Positions 10,456 through 23,427 of a stretch of 64,000 bases of DNA are shown one piece after another (position 1 is the stretch's first letter; every line of letters begins with the position of its first letter). Under the pieces are notes generated by a model that was not told the DNA's origin, ran no database searches, and saw only the letters and a program-made list of their open reading frames with translations. Position numbers and translations under genes: made by a program. Source of the DNA: Hydrolagus colliei (lineage: Eukaryota); contig CM068742.1 in assembly GCA_035084275.1 (NCBI GenBank), forward strand, positions 48,298,001 to 48,362,000, given 5' to 3'.

Positions 10456-11700
10456 AATAACAACAACAAAATTACACTTGTATAATGCCTTTCACATCAG
10501 GAGGATGTCCCAAGGCATAGATATAGTTTCAGACCCGGACTGTGTACAGGAAGAGTGAAGGGAAAGGGGGGAATTTGGAGTGACTGATGGGACCGTCGAA
10601 GAGGAGGGTCTTGAGGCTGGAGTTGAAGTTAACCCCATGTCTGCAGATGATGTCACCAAGAGGGGAGCATCTAGATGTTAAAAAGTAGGGGGCCAAGGAA
10701 AGAGCACTGGGGGTCGCCACAGATGACAGTGCAGGGGCTGGAAGAGAAGACGTTGCTGGTGACAAAGTGGAGACAATAAGGTAAGAGTCAAACCAGGCAA
10801 GGGCAGAGTGATAGGCCTTAGTGTGATCTAGTCAAATTTGCCCGTGGACCATTAATTTTGATTTGGTCCAGGCGCGTTCAGCAGCTCGCACTTGCACCTT
10901 AAGGGTTTGGAGGTGACTGGTGTACCAGGAGGATTTACGGGAGTAAGAGGTAGTTCGGGAGGTGAGGAGGGTGCAAGGGAGAGATGAGGACAGAGGAGAG
11001 GCATCTGTGGAGAAAGGAAAGAGAGGAAAGTAGGGCAGTTAGTGAGAGCCAGAGGGATAGACGTTCGGACGACTCAAGGGCGGCATAGAGGGAGAGGGGG
11101 GAGAAATTCCTTGGCCGATAGGTGATAGTAGACGATTGAGTAGAGCGAAGGGGTATGGAGGTGTTGAGGTAGATGAAGTGGTGGTCCAAGATGGCTTTGT
11201 CGGTGATGGTGATGTCCGAAGCGGTGAGGCCCCATTCGGAATGGAGGGCGCTATATAAATGCATTGTTGTTATTGTTGTTGATCACCAGGTTGAGCGAGT
11301 GGCGATGAATGTGGGTAGTGGATGTGGAGGGAGAGATTAAGGGAGGGAGGAGTTGTCACTGGAAGTAGAGCAGGAGCGGGTGTAGAGGTTAAAATCACCT
11401 AAGATGAGGAGGCGTTCAAAGCAAAGGTAGAGAGAAGACAGGAGGGTGGAGATGTCCAAGAAGAAGGTGGAGGAGGGCTTGTGAGGACAATAGGCAAGGA
11501 GGATTTTGAGGGAGAGACTGGAGGGGTGGTAGACGGTAAGATGTTCAAAGGAAGGGAAGGTTCCAGAGGAGTAAGGGGAAAGGCCGAGGGTGGATCCGGA
11601 GATGAGAGCCACTCCTCCACCATGGTGGTTAGGCTGTGGGGTTTGGTGAAAGGTGTAACTGGGAGGTGTGGCCTTGGACAGGGGGAAGGTGTCAGCTGGG
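10456..11700 (-). mobile_element. Fragmented L2 LINE(s)
   Basis: L2 tail at ~10456-10620. RT piece PLGDIICRHGVNF. APE piece LLILGDFNL. A short + strand L2 tail is nested at ~11220-11280. Confidence 0.85.
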
Positions 11701-12091
11701 TTATAATCCTGCAGTCACTGTACAAAATATTATACCACAACATCAAAGCAAATAAATTGTAATAAATTTAAAACGTATAAATTGGTTTCTTGAATCTTCA
11801 TTCAATTACTATATACAACTTGGCAAATCAATCAATCAATTATGACATTATGTAGTGCCTTTCACGTTGGGAGGACGTCCCAAGGCGCTGAACAGTCAGG
11901 TAGAGATCAGAGCAGGGTGGGGAGGGGTCTGGGGAAGGAGAGTAGGAAAATTGACTTTATATTTGTGGGCGAAACGCGGCAACCAAATTGCGCAAAGCAG
12001 ATAGAATCATATTGACCTGTTGAAAAAGACAGTGTCATGAAATGAGGTATGCTTTCTGCATTCAAATCCATCAAATAATTAATGTTATTTC

Positions 12092-12280
12092 AATAAAAAC
12101 AGAAGTCCGCTGGAAACATGCAGCAGGTCAGGCAGCATCTATGGAGCGTTAGTGTTTCAGCAATGTTCTGAAGTACATAGAACTGAAACATTAACTAATT
12201 TTCCTCTCTCCATAGACACTGCCTGTTCCCAGTGACTTTTGTTTTCATTTCAGATTTCCAGCAGCTGCAGCCTATTGCTT
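12092..12280. mobile_element. Palindromic Penelope-derived element
   Basis: Left arm AAAAACAGAAGTCCGCTGGAAAC..GGCAGCATCTATGGAG pairs with right arm CTCCATAGACACTGCC..TTCCCAGTGACTTTTTGTTTT. Confidence 0.7.
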
Positions 12281-12529
12281 AATATAATTTCAATGTTTAT
12301 TTGAAAATGCACAAGGATTGTTTGTGGTAAAATCTCCCTTATTTACTAATGTGTGATCCTGCACATTAATAAGAATAAACCTTGTATTTGATATAATAAA
12401 TTTTGCATTTGATAAGGTGCTTTTCAAATTGTCAGGAAGTTTCAAAGTGCTACACCGGATTTACTGTAAAGTGACTTTTGACTTTGTATTTTGTGGGTGA
12501 AATGCGATAGCCTGTTTGCACACCACAAG

Positions 12530-12835
12530 AACAACTTCGATTTATAGAGCGCCTTCCATGCCGGATGGCATCTTAGAGCACTTCACAATAACGGATCCCG
12601 AGGGAGAGCCTGAGACAGGTAGAGAAAGATGACCGAAGGCGTGGTCGAAGAGAAAGATCTTTAGCCGAGACCTGAAACTGGGAAGAGAGGGGGCGAGGTG
12701 AAGGGAGTGAGGAAGGGAGTTCCAGAGCCTTGGGGTGTAGTGGCTGAAGGCACGGCCACCAATGGTGGAGCAGAGGATTCGGGGGACAAGGAGGAGGTCA
12801 GACCCAGTAGAGTGAAGGCAACGGGTGCTGTTTTG
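12530..12835 (-). mobile_element. L2 LINE 3' end
   Basis: IGGRAFSHYTPRLWNSLP..LKIFLF and L2 tail; same family as 8026-8280. Confidence 0.9.
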
Positions 12836-12839
12836 AGGA

Positions 12840-13125
12840 CGGCAATGTTTCACAAACATCCGTGGAGTGAATGACCAATTGGGAGATTGTTGGTCAGGAC
12901 ACCAGGAGAAACTCCTTTCTCTTTTCGAATCGAGTCATGAGATCTTTAATAGATACCTGAACAGACAGATGAGACTTCAGTTCAATATCTCATCCAAAGA
13001 ACGGCACCTCCAACAATGCAACATGTCCCCAGTACCGCATTGGAGTGTCAGCTTAAACTATGTGATTCATGTCCCGATGTAGGATTTGAACCCACACCTT
13101 CTGATTCAGACATGAGAATGCTACC
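12840..13125 (-). mobile_element. Old tRNA-derived DeuSINE (head + Deu domain)
   Basis: Reverse strand reads TGGTAGCATTCTC..CTGAATCAGAAGGTGTGGGTTCAAATCC, then AAAGATCTCATGACTCGATTCGAAAAGAG..GGTGTCCTGACCAAC. Confidence 0.8.
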
Positions 13126-14317
13126 ACAAAGGCAATGCACCTTTTGCATCAGCAAGACATCCCAAAGCACTTCATAGAATTTACTATAAAGTGTGGTGAT
13201 TGTATATTTTTTGCAGGGAAACCTATAGATTAACACAAAAGTGTATTTGTTCGATTTCATATATTTCTCAAGAATCTGCAGCGTAACTAACTCTCCGCTA
13301 TCAATATTAACAATATGTTAATTTAATGTTTCTGAATATCAGAGTCCTTGAAAACTGTTTTGCTGATCTGGAATAATACTGGCTAAAGGAAAAATTGGAG
13401 AGAACAGCTAATAACTGTCTTCTCGCTTTTCACAGCAATATATCATTTCCGATGTAAGGCTCAAAACAGCCACAAACTATCTATTTCCAAGAAGCAGGCT
13501 CTCTGAGGAATGGCAGTGTCTCTCGCCAATTTTCTGAGGTTTGTTGCTTACTTCAATCAACCCTGTGAACAAGCACAGCCAAACCAGCAGTTGTGCACGC
13601 CTGTATCTGCACAATGAAAAAGTGGAGCGCAAACTAGGTTATGTTTGTAAAGGAAAGGGGATTGCTAACAGTGACAGGCAAATCCATTCATCTTTGCTTT
13701 GGGGAGCCTGTAAATACCTCGTAATCATACCCCATCTTTACACTCGTCAGATTGATGGATGAATATTTTCTTTCACTATTTCAATTTTATTTCATGCTAC
13801 AATGGCGTGAAAAACTTCCACAATCACCACCATACCTGACTTGGGGCCACATTTTCAAAGTAATTTGTCTTATACCCGTTTCAGTCAGTTTGAAGTCACG
13901 ATTTGTGGCCGTCTGTACTTCGAACCAATTTAGACCGCTTGTCTCACTCCGAAACAATAAATAACAAGCTGGAATATGGCAGAAAAATAACTCTTGAGCA
14001 GTAGGTCGTCAATGCCATCAAACAACAATGAGCTGCGTGATAATAGTTAATGACTAAAGTTCTTTGGGTTGAATTTTCGATGAGAGAAAATGTTGACTCA
14101 TTCACCAAGAGAGCAACCATTTCATCTTCAAAATAGTGCCTTGGCATTGTGAGCTACCAGAACACATAGATTTTGATTACATACCTCCCAACAATATAGC
14201 TGGAATTCAGCCATCAATTACTGTTATTAGTTTGCAAACAGACTCCCACAAAATTTGACACATTTAGTCCAACATTTGGTCCATTCTGTAGCACACGGTA
14301 GAATCACAATGCTGTTG

Positions 14318-14535
14318 TTGAGTCCTGTATCTCAGTAGAGAGACCGCAGGTCGATTCCCGGCAGGTTGAAACCTTGGGCAAGTTTCCTTATTCCTCAATT
14401 AATAATAAATTGGTCACTCCAATCCATGACTGCCGCATTTCGCCCACAAATATACAGTCAATTCACTTGATAGTATATTCTGTGAAACACTAGAAAATGT
14501 AAAAAGTGCTATACCAAATGCAAGGATTATTAATT
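14318..14535 (+). mobile_element. Internally deleted young tRNA-SINE
   Basis: GAGTCCTGTATCTCAGT head, AAACCTTGGGCAAGTTTCC and CAAATGCAAGGATTATT tail. Confidence 0.8.
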
Positions 14536-14777
14536 ATGAACTACATTACTAGGGGTTCTAAGGATAATTAATTTTATACTGTAAAAAATTAACATTTAGA
14601 GCAATTGATCAAATGTAAAAGCATTATAAAATGGAACTGCTTATACTACAAGTTTATGTAACACACATTTAGCACACAGTGCACACTATACTGAGTTTAG
14701 AGGAGGGAGTATCCATTGAAATGTTAAAGGGTGAAAAAGAGACTCTTTATCCTGGAAATAGATTCTGTACTCAAGAT

Positions 14778-15079
14778 CAGCAGTTCTCAGCCATGGGTAC
14801 ATGTACCCCAGGGGATACAAAATGACTTCCGGGGGTACAGGTAATACATTGATTATTTAACTCTCTTATTTAGCGTTTTATAGCCTTCCAAATTGTATAT
14901 TTAATTGTTATTCCCCTCATTGTGTATGTGCTAGTTATTTTGTTATACAGTATAAGAAAAGCTTGGTCATAAAATGCAAGTGGAATGAACAGGATGGTGT
15001 GTATGTGATTGGGTGGGGATGCATGATAATGTTGAAAATTAACAAGGGGTACATTACTGAAAAAGGTTGAGAAGCACTG
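14778..15079. mobile_element. hAT-Charlie-type MITE
   Basis: TIRs CAGCAGTTCTCAGCC / GGTTGAGAAGCACTG. 8-bp TSD CTCAAGAT (14770-14777) / CTCTAGAT (15080-15087), matching the Charlie NTCTAGAN target. Subterminal GGGGTAC repeats. Confidence 0.88.
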
Positions 15080-16697
15080 CTCTAGATTTTTGAAGGAGAA
15101 AACTATCAAATTGTCAACCAGGCAATGAACATTAAAATGTTGTAAACAGATGTAACATTATCTAGTTAGATTTTACTTTGTACATTGCCTTAATATTTTA
15201 AGATTGAACTGAATTTTTAAACTTTCTTTCATTCTGTTTTAATTTGGAAGTGTTTATCTGTAGTTCTTTTTATGAACTTCAGAAAATTGGATACCAGCCC
15301 TCTAATATTATTAAACCATTAAAAACAAAGACAAGCTCTAATTTTATTCCAGTAACAATATAAAATGGACTCCTTCATATCCATGGCAATGTAAAATGTA
15401 GAATAATCCTCAATGCCTTTTACACAATTATACTATCTCAATAGTGTTGCTGAGATTCACTGATATGTAGAATGTGAGGATAGTTAAACTAGAGACATTT
15501 CTACAAACTGTGTAGCTGAGAGGAAGAAATGTCGTTATTAATAATATTATTCATAAAAATAACCCTTGTATTCTTGTATTTAGCACCTTATCATGTTGTC
15601 AAAACATCTCAAACCGTTTCACAAGATTTATTGTGAGTATTGTGGTTGTGTATTGTGTAGGTGAATGTACTAGTCAATATGTTCACAGCACAGTATTGCA
15701 AACAGTGAAAAAGTGAATGACCGATTGTATTTGGAAGATTTTTATGTTTATTAGCTGAATAGATACATTGTATTCTATGATGCATTCCTTTCTTGTGCAA
15801 AATATATCAGTGAATACAGTATCATGTCAATTTACAGTCCTTCGGTGGTTAATAACTACAAAAGCATCAACCTGAGTGTAAAGGATTCAAAACACGATAC
15901 TCTGAGCTGCTTTAATCAGCCTTAGATACTTTTGTTCAAACATTGTTATGCAATGTCTGTAGCTAGCTTGCTCTTTTGCCTCTTACTGACAATTTCTGAA
16001 GTCTTCCCACAACAGTACAAATTGGTATCATATATATATTGTTAGCATCTTATGATCAACATATATCATAACATTTTATAACTGGAAGTTCTCAGAAGAA
16101 CAAAGTTTCAATTATTATGAGTAAGCAAGTCTTGAGTTGCATAACAGCAAAGCTCAGAGAGCTAATTAGCTTCCTGAATGGTTAGAAAGCTGGGCTTTTT
16201 GCTAATTTATGGAAATTCAAGCTGTGAAGTTGTTGCTGGATTTCCAAGTAATTTCACAGAGAAAGCGACTATCCTCATGTTTGTTTTAAATGGTTAGCAA
16301 ATTCAACTTAATCAAGTCTGCAGTTTTAAAGCAGTTGAAAAAAAGAACCATTTAAAAAAATATACAATTTCTGAATATAACTTTTCCAGGCTAAAAAATG
16401 CTAATAAATGCTCTTAGTGTGGGAAATCTCTATTAACCACTTCACTACTGGACCTCCAGGCTCCCAGTGCACTTTACATATGGCGCTGGTTAGGCTTTTG
16501 TGACTTAAGCATTAAATAGATTGATCACAGGAGAAGCACAAGAATGCCATTAAATAATTTCTGTAGTTCAATATCGGGTTATTTACTACTTTCCAACATA
16601 TTTGTCTTTTCGGTTTAAAAACAAAGAAAAATGGATATTCAGAAGTGATCGCAAGGGAGTAATCCAATCTGTGAGTCCAGATAAGTCTGGATAAGTC

Positions 16698-17866
16698 TTG
16701 ACAAAGTGCCACATGAGAGACTTATTATGAAATTAAAGGCCCATGGAGTAAAAGGGACAGTGGCAGCGTGGATCCACAACTGGCTGCGAGACAGAAAGCA
16801 GAGAGTTGTAGTGAGCGGCTGTTTTTCAGATTGGAGGGAAGTGAGCAGTGGGGTGCCACAGGGATCAGGTTTGGGACCATTGCTGTTTGTAATCTACATC
16901 AATGATCTGGACTTGGGTGTACGGAGTACAGTTTCCAAGTTTGCAGATGACACTAAGTTAGGGAGAATAGTAAACAGTGAGGAGGATAGTAGCCATCTGC
17001 AAGAGGATATAGACAAATTGGTAAAGTGGGCAGACACATGGCAGATGAAGTTTAATGCAGAGAAGTGTGAGGTGATGCATTTTGGGAGAAGAAATGAAGG
17101 GAGGCAATATAGGCTAGATAGTACAATTTTAAATGGTGTGAAGGAACAGAGAGACCTGGGGATTTGTGTTAGTGACCCGTTGAAGGTGGCAGGACAGGTA
17201 GACAAGGCTGTTAAGAAGGCATATGGGATACTAGGCTTTATAAATAGGGGTATAGAGTACAAAAGTCAGGAAGTGCTGACTAACCTCTATAGGACTTTGG
17301 TGAGGCCTCAGCTGGAATACTGTGTTCAATTCTGGTCACCACACTACAGAAAGGATGTGAAGACATTGGAAAGGGTGCAGCGAAGATTTACTAGGATGGT
17401 GCCAGGATTGAGGGACTTCAGCTATGAGGAGAGGCTAGATAGGCTAGGGTTATTCTCTCTGGAGCAGAGAAGATTGAGGAGAGACCTAATAGAGGTTTAT
17501 AAGATCATGAGGGGTTTCGACAGGGCAAATAGAGAAAAACTATTTCCACTCGTGGGTGAATCTGTGACTCGTGGTCACAGATTTAAAATAGTTTCAAGGC
17601 GAAGTAGAGGGGAGCTGAGGAGAAATGTTTTCACTCAGCAAGTTGTTCGAATCTGGAATGCATTGCCTGAAAAGGTGGTGGAGGCTGATTCGATAACAAC
17701 TTTTAAAAGGGAATTAGATCTTTATTTAGGGAGAACAGGTCTATTAGGCTATGGGGAGCGGGCAGGGCAGTGGGATTGAATCGCTCTTTTCAAAGAGCCG
17801 GCACAGACTAGATGGGCCGAATGGCCTCCTTTTGTGCCGTAAAATTCTATGAATCTATGAATCTAT
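16698..17866 (+). mobile_element. 5'-truncated CR1 LINE with uninterrupted RT C-terminal ORF (16706-17779)
   Basis: PQGSGLGP, KFADDTK, VRPQLEY, WNALP; tail (TCTATGAA)n. Confidence 0.97.
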
Positions 17867-18124
17867 AACATTACAAGCTGTCAGTTGATTGCTGAATTAT
17901 TAGTGGTGTGCAATCAATCTCTTCCACCAAGTTACTGATGTCTTTAATACATATTTACCAGGCAATTTATAGGGGGCATCCTGTTTTCAATTGGTGGCAG
18001 ATATTGTGATAGACCACCATAGGTCTGACCATCCAAGAATAATAGTATATGTGGAACTCAACATTGAATGATTAAAGATTGCACTGTAATCATTTGGTGA
18101 TATCCCCAATCATTGGGGTAATCC

Positions 18125-18375
18125 CCCAAATCCTCCGTTCCACTGTCGGCACCGATGCCTTCAGCCACTAAACCCCGAAGCTCTGGAACTCCCTCCCTCA
18201 CTCCCTTCACCTCGCCCCCTCCTTTCCCATTTTCAGGTTGCTGCTGAAGACTTTTCTTTTCGACCGCTCTTTTGGTCACCTTTTTTCCCTCTCCCCTGGC
18301 TGGGCCCCGAGCTTCGCTTTGTGAAGCGCTCTGAGTGGAAGGTGCTATATAAATCCAAGTTGTTGTTGTTGTTGA
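18125..18375 (+). mobile_element. L2 LINE 3' end
   Basis: GCCTTCAGCCAC..CTCTGGAACTCCCTCCC; ends GGTGCTATATAAAT..(TTG)n. Confidence 0.85.
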
Positions 18376-18432
18376 TAAGCAAGGGATGAAAATCAGCGCT
18401 TGTAGATTACTAATCTAGAGTGTAGGTGTCAT

Positions 18433-20319
18433 TGAGGGCAAACTAGCAAAGAACATAAAAACAGACTGCAAGAGTTTTTACAAATATATAAAGAGGAAAA
18501 GGCTAGCGAGGGTGAATGTGGGTCCATTACAAGCAGAGACCGGAGGAATTATAATAGGAGACAAGGACATCGCAGAGTCATTAAACAAGTATTTTTCTAC
18601 AGTCTTCACCGTAGAAGACACTGGAAACATACCAAAAATAGAGGGGAATCAAGAAGACAATGTTAGCGAGCAACTTAGGTAAAATTAATATTAGTAAAGA
18701 GATGGTTCTAGGTAAATTGTTGGGTCTTAAAACTGATAAATCCCCTGGACAGGATGGCCTGCATCCTAGAGTTTTAAAGGAGGTGGCTACTGAGATAGTG
18801 GATGGCATATCTATAATCTTCCAAAATTCTGTGGATACTGGAAAAGTCCCCATTGATTGGAAGATTGCAAACGTAACTCCACTATTTAAGAAGATGGGAG
18901 AGAAAATATGGGAAACTATAGACCAGTTAGTCTGACGTCAGTTGTAGGGAAAATTCTTGAGTCCTTAATAAAAGACTTAGTTATGGGATACCTTGAAGAT
19001 CATAAAAAGATTAGGCAAAGTATAAAGGGAAGTCATGCTTGACTAATCTTTTAGAATGTTTTGAGGATGTATCCAGCAGGTTGGATAAGGGGGAACCAGT
19101 AGATGTGGTATATTTGGATTTTAGGAAGGCATTTGACAAGGTGCCACACAAAAGGATGTTACTCAAGATTAAGGCCCACGGGATTAATGGGAAAATATTA
19201 AAATGGATAGAAGAGTGGCTGTCGGGTAGAAAGCAGAGAGTAGCGATAAATGGATTATTCTCGAATTGGCAGGATGTAACTAGTGGAGTGCCACAAGGAT
19301 CAGTGCTTGGGCCTCAGCTATTTACTATTTATATCAATGATCTAGATGAGAACATTGAATGTAACGTGTCTAAATTCACGGATGACACTAAACTAGGTAG
19401 CAGAGTGAGCTCTGAGGATGATGCAAAAAGATTGCAACAAAATATAGATAGGTTAGGGGAGTGGGCAAGTAGGTGGCAGATGGAATTCAATGTTAGCAAG
19501 TGTGAAATTATTCACCTAGGTAGCAAGAATAAAAGAATAGATTATTTGCTAGAGGGGGAAAAGTTAGATAGTGTTAGTATTCAAAGGGATTTGGGTGTCC
19601 TTGTACACCAGTCCCAAAAAGTTAGTTTGCAGGTGTAGCAAGCAACTAAGAAGGCGAACGGCATGCTAGCGTTCATTTCAAAAGGTTTAGAGTATAAGAG
19701 TAGGGAAGTCTTGCTGCAACTGTATAGGGCTCTGGTGAGACCGCACCTAGAGTAATGTGTGTAGTTTTGGTCTCCTTATTTAAAAAAGGACATACTTGCC
19801 TTTGAGGAGGTGCAGCGTAGATTCACTAGGTTAGTTCCTGGGATGAGGGGACTGACCTATGAGGATAGGTTGAATAAACTAGGGCTGTATTCTCTGGAGT
19901 ACAGAAGAATTAGGGGGGATCTTATTGAAACATATAAGATTCTTAACAGGCTAGATAAAGTAGGCACTGAGGGACTGTTTCCCCTGGTAGGAGAATCTAT
20001 AACCAGGGGTCACAGTCTTAAAATTAAGGGTCAGCCTTTTAGAATAGAGTTGAGGAAACATTTCTTCACTCAGAGGGTAGTGAATTTATGGAATTTACTA
20101 CCCCAGAAGGCTGTAGATGCTAGTCCTTGAACATTTTCAAGGCTGAGACTGATAGATTTTTGAAAAATAGAGGGATATGGGGATATGGGGATAGGGCAGG
20201 TAATCAGAGTTAGGTGAGAAGATTAGCCATGATCTTATTGAATGGCGGAGCAGGCTCGAAGGGCCGAATGGCCTACTCCTGCTCCTAATTCTTATGTTCT
20301 TATGTTCTTATGTTCTTAT
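18433..20319 (+). mobile_element. 5'-truncated CR1 LINE (RT with stops/frameshifts)
   Basis: KSPGQDG, YLDFRKAFDKV, PQGSVLGP, KFTDDTK; tail (TTCTTATG)3. Related to 2025-5370. Confidence 0.97.
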
Positions 20320-20720
20320 CCTATCTCAGATGGTAGTACTCTCACCTTTGAAACAGAAGGTTGTGGATTCAAGCCCCGTGTAGGGAGATTGAACTCGCAC
20401 AGTCTAGCCTAATACTCCAATGTTATTGGAGTGCCAGAGGAGCACTGCATTGTTGGAAGTTCTATCCTTCGGATGAGAAGCAACAAAGTCTGTTCATGTC
20501 TTTGGATGTAAAAGATCCCATTGCCATTTGAAAGAGTGGGGTTTCTCCCTGTGTTATGACCAACAATCTCCCACATAATATTTGTTATCCACTTGTTGGT
20601 GGGATTTTGCACAAATTGGTCTACACATTTGCCTACAAACTACACTTCACAGTAAAATCCTGTGACTTTGAGACATCCTCCTGACGTGAAAGGCGCTTTA
20701 TCAAATGCCAGGATTATTAA
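20320..20720 (+). mobile_element. Old full-length DeuSINE (tRNA head, Deu domain, L2 tail)
   Basis: CTCAGATGGTAGTACTCTC..GGATTCAAGCCCC; GGATGTAAAAGATCCCATTGCC; tail GTGAAAGGCGCTTTATCAAATG. Confidence 0.8.
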
Positions 20721-21738
20721 TTGTTTTCAGGCCTTTGAATCAAAGTACCAAGTTATTTAGGTATCAAATTCCATTGCAAATGATTGCCATGCATTAATGT
20801 GCTTCAATTAAAAATAACTAAAATAATCCCGTGTTTTATTGTGTGTTTGAGTATTTTGTAGGGAGGGTGATCTGAAAGGATGAGACCAAATGGGCTAAAG
20901 GACTTTTTCCTGTGATTTATTCTGACAATTGTTTCAGAATAGTGCCTTAGCTTTTCCCCTTGGATATAAACTAAGCTCTGCATAAGACCTTCACACAAAG
21001 CTGAAGATCACTGGGTATTTTTCTACATGCAGTAATCCCCATCAGAAATCAGTACATAAACATGACAGCTCTCCATTATTCTTTACTTGATTTAATAACA
21101 CAACTGAAATCATCAGAATGCACATTTTCTATATACACCAGATATTTTTAAAGTGCAGCAATCTATTTTATTCTCTATATCCCAATATGCAATAACTAAC
21201 AGGTGAAGGTTTCTCAGACCATTTCAATCACTTTAATCAAAATAAATACCTCTGCTCATTTAAAGTGCTCACGCAATTGGATCCAGAACATAAGACAGAT
21301 TGTGTGCCTAATGAAATAATTATTCTCCAAATCAAAATGTCCTTGAGTTTCACTGCAAATGGGAAAGGTCATAACATTGCTCCTTACACATTTTCATTGA
21401 TATGTTGTTATAATTCAGGCTCTCACAGATTCCTGTTTGAATTCCTTCTTGATGACAGTTTCTGCAAGGAGACTGCTGCTCTGTGACGTGGAAACTTTTT
21501 CTTCCCCTGATAGCCAATATGTTCAAGGGTAATGTGGGTTTCGCTCTTATAAGCGGATAAATGGTATTGGATTAAGTATGGCCTTCAAGATACTTCTCTC
21601 TTCATCTCAATTCTTAAGGCAGAAAATATTAGCAGCAGAACATAGATTTGCAGTTTAAAACTAATCACATTGATTTATCAGAATGACATAGGTTCCAATA
21701 CAAACACTAAACTACTACTACTACTTAAGTCTAAGGTT

Positions 21739-22182
21739 TGCTGAGATAGAGAAAGATTCCAACAGGATTGTGATCAAATAATGTTTATTAAAATTAAAGG
21801 ACAAAGCTAACAAACAGACACAAGGCAAATCTCATTTTACCTCTTCAAGCTAGAACAGTAAAAATGGATAGGATCAATATTGCCTGTTCCTGTCGGCAGA
21901 TTCTCACTAGTTGAGTACTGTATGATGAATCACACGAACACCATGGATCCCTCTGTGTATATTCCTCAATCTAGGATCAATCAGATTATTCTAATTACGC
22001 TCTACACTCCTGCTCAACTATTTTCTATCCTGGATCCCACAAGCTATTTCCTAATTTTTCTGAAAATACTATTCTGTACTTCTTTATCTGGATCTTACTC
22101 ACAACTTGACCCTATTGGACAGAGAAGCAAAGAGAGAGGTCGCCGTACCAAGATGGACCATCTAACTTCAATTACTAATACA
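21739..22182 (-). mobile_element. Possible solo LTR
   Basis: TG...CA ends; on the - strand, CCAAT, then a TATA-like box, then AATAAA in LTR order. No TSD found. Confidence 0.3.
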
Positions 22183-22689
22183 GTAGTATTGTCCAACTAT
22201 CTGGTGTCAGTTGCTGAGTCACGTTCTTGAATCAGAGGTAATGAGGGTATGAAAAACAACACCAAATAAAGAATGTTTTTCTTTACTATTTCTCTAATTA
22301 TTGTAATGTTGTTGTATTCTGTGAAGCGCTTTGAGATGTCAATAAGATGTGGAAAGCGCTATATAAATGTAAGGATTATTATTATAATTATGAACTTCTA
22401 CTGAGTTTGCTATATGCTGCAGCAACCTGACAAAACATGATGGTTCTGTCAAGCTTAGCTAACACACTAAAATACTAAATACATTCAAAAACAGTCTTAC
22501 AAATAAGCAAATGTCACAATATTCACAGTAAACCAGAAATACACAGTTGAGGTTTACTAGTTTAGGGCTGTAATAGGCAAGTTTAGCACAGACACCTGGA
22601 AAGATTTCTTTACATAGCCAACAGCAGTCAGTCATCATGAAGAGTGGTTGAGACCAGGATACTAAACTTATCAATGAAGCATCTTGATT

Positions 22690-23055
22690 CTGGAATGGGA
22701 AGATTGATATCGTGTAAGGAAGAGATCAAATGGTTCCAGGGCCTTCTTCATCAAAACTTAATTTATGCCCCAGAAAGCTGTATAGATCAAATAAATAGGA
22801 ACATTTAAAGAGAGATGAATAGATGCTTAGATGGTAGAAGTATTAACGAGTATGGCAAAATGGATTAAAACATTTGCAAAGATCTGATAAACTGATGGAA
22901 CAGACCTGAAAAACCTCTTCTGAACTTTCTATGACCTATGTTCCTATCTTGTTCCCTCTGTCCTCAGCTCGGGTCTAAAGCAGTGACTGTCCAGTGCCTT
23001 GGGACATCCTCCTGACGTGAAAGGCGCTATACAAGTGTAATTTTGTTGTTGTTGT
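22690..23055 (+). mobile_element. Degraded CR1 3' end followed by an L2 tail
   Basis: TTCTATGACCTATGTTCCTAT tail at ~22927-22947; CCTTGGGACATCCTCCTGACGTGAAAGGCGCTATAC..(TTG)n. Confidence 0.7.
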
Positions 23056-23427
23056 GAAAACCAAAGGCACGAACAGTAGTATTGTTATTAACATTCGTAT
23101 GCAGTACTGTTGGCTATCAGTAAAGAAGGTCAATACATCTTTTAATAGGAAAAAGATGAAATAAACAAATTAATGTTTGTTTGTTTGCTCCGTGTTTGCA
23201 ACCTCACTGCTGGTAACTGCAACTTTCAACATTTTTTAGGTCAAGACAATTCAACGCTTGAGAATGCGAAAGAAGATCTGGATTTTTATAATACCTTACC
23301 AAATTGAAACATCTCAAAATTTCTTATCGTCAAGTCTAGGGAATTTTTTTTGTTGGCAAATGTATCAGTCATTTACATACAGCAAGGGTTTACAAAGGTA
23401 TGAGCTGAAAGGTCAAGTAACTTGAAG

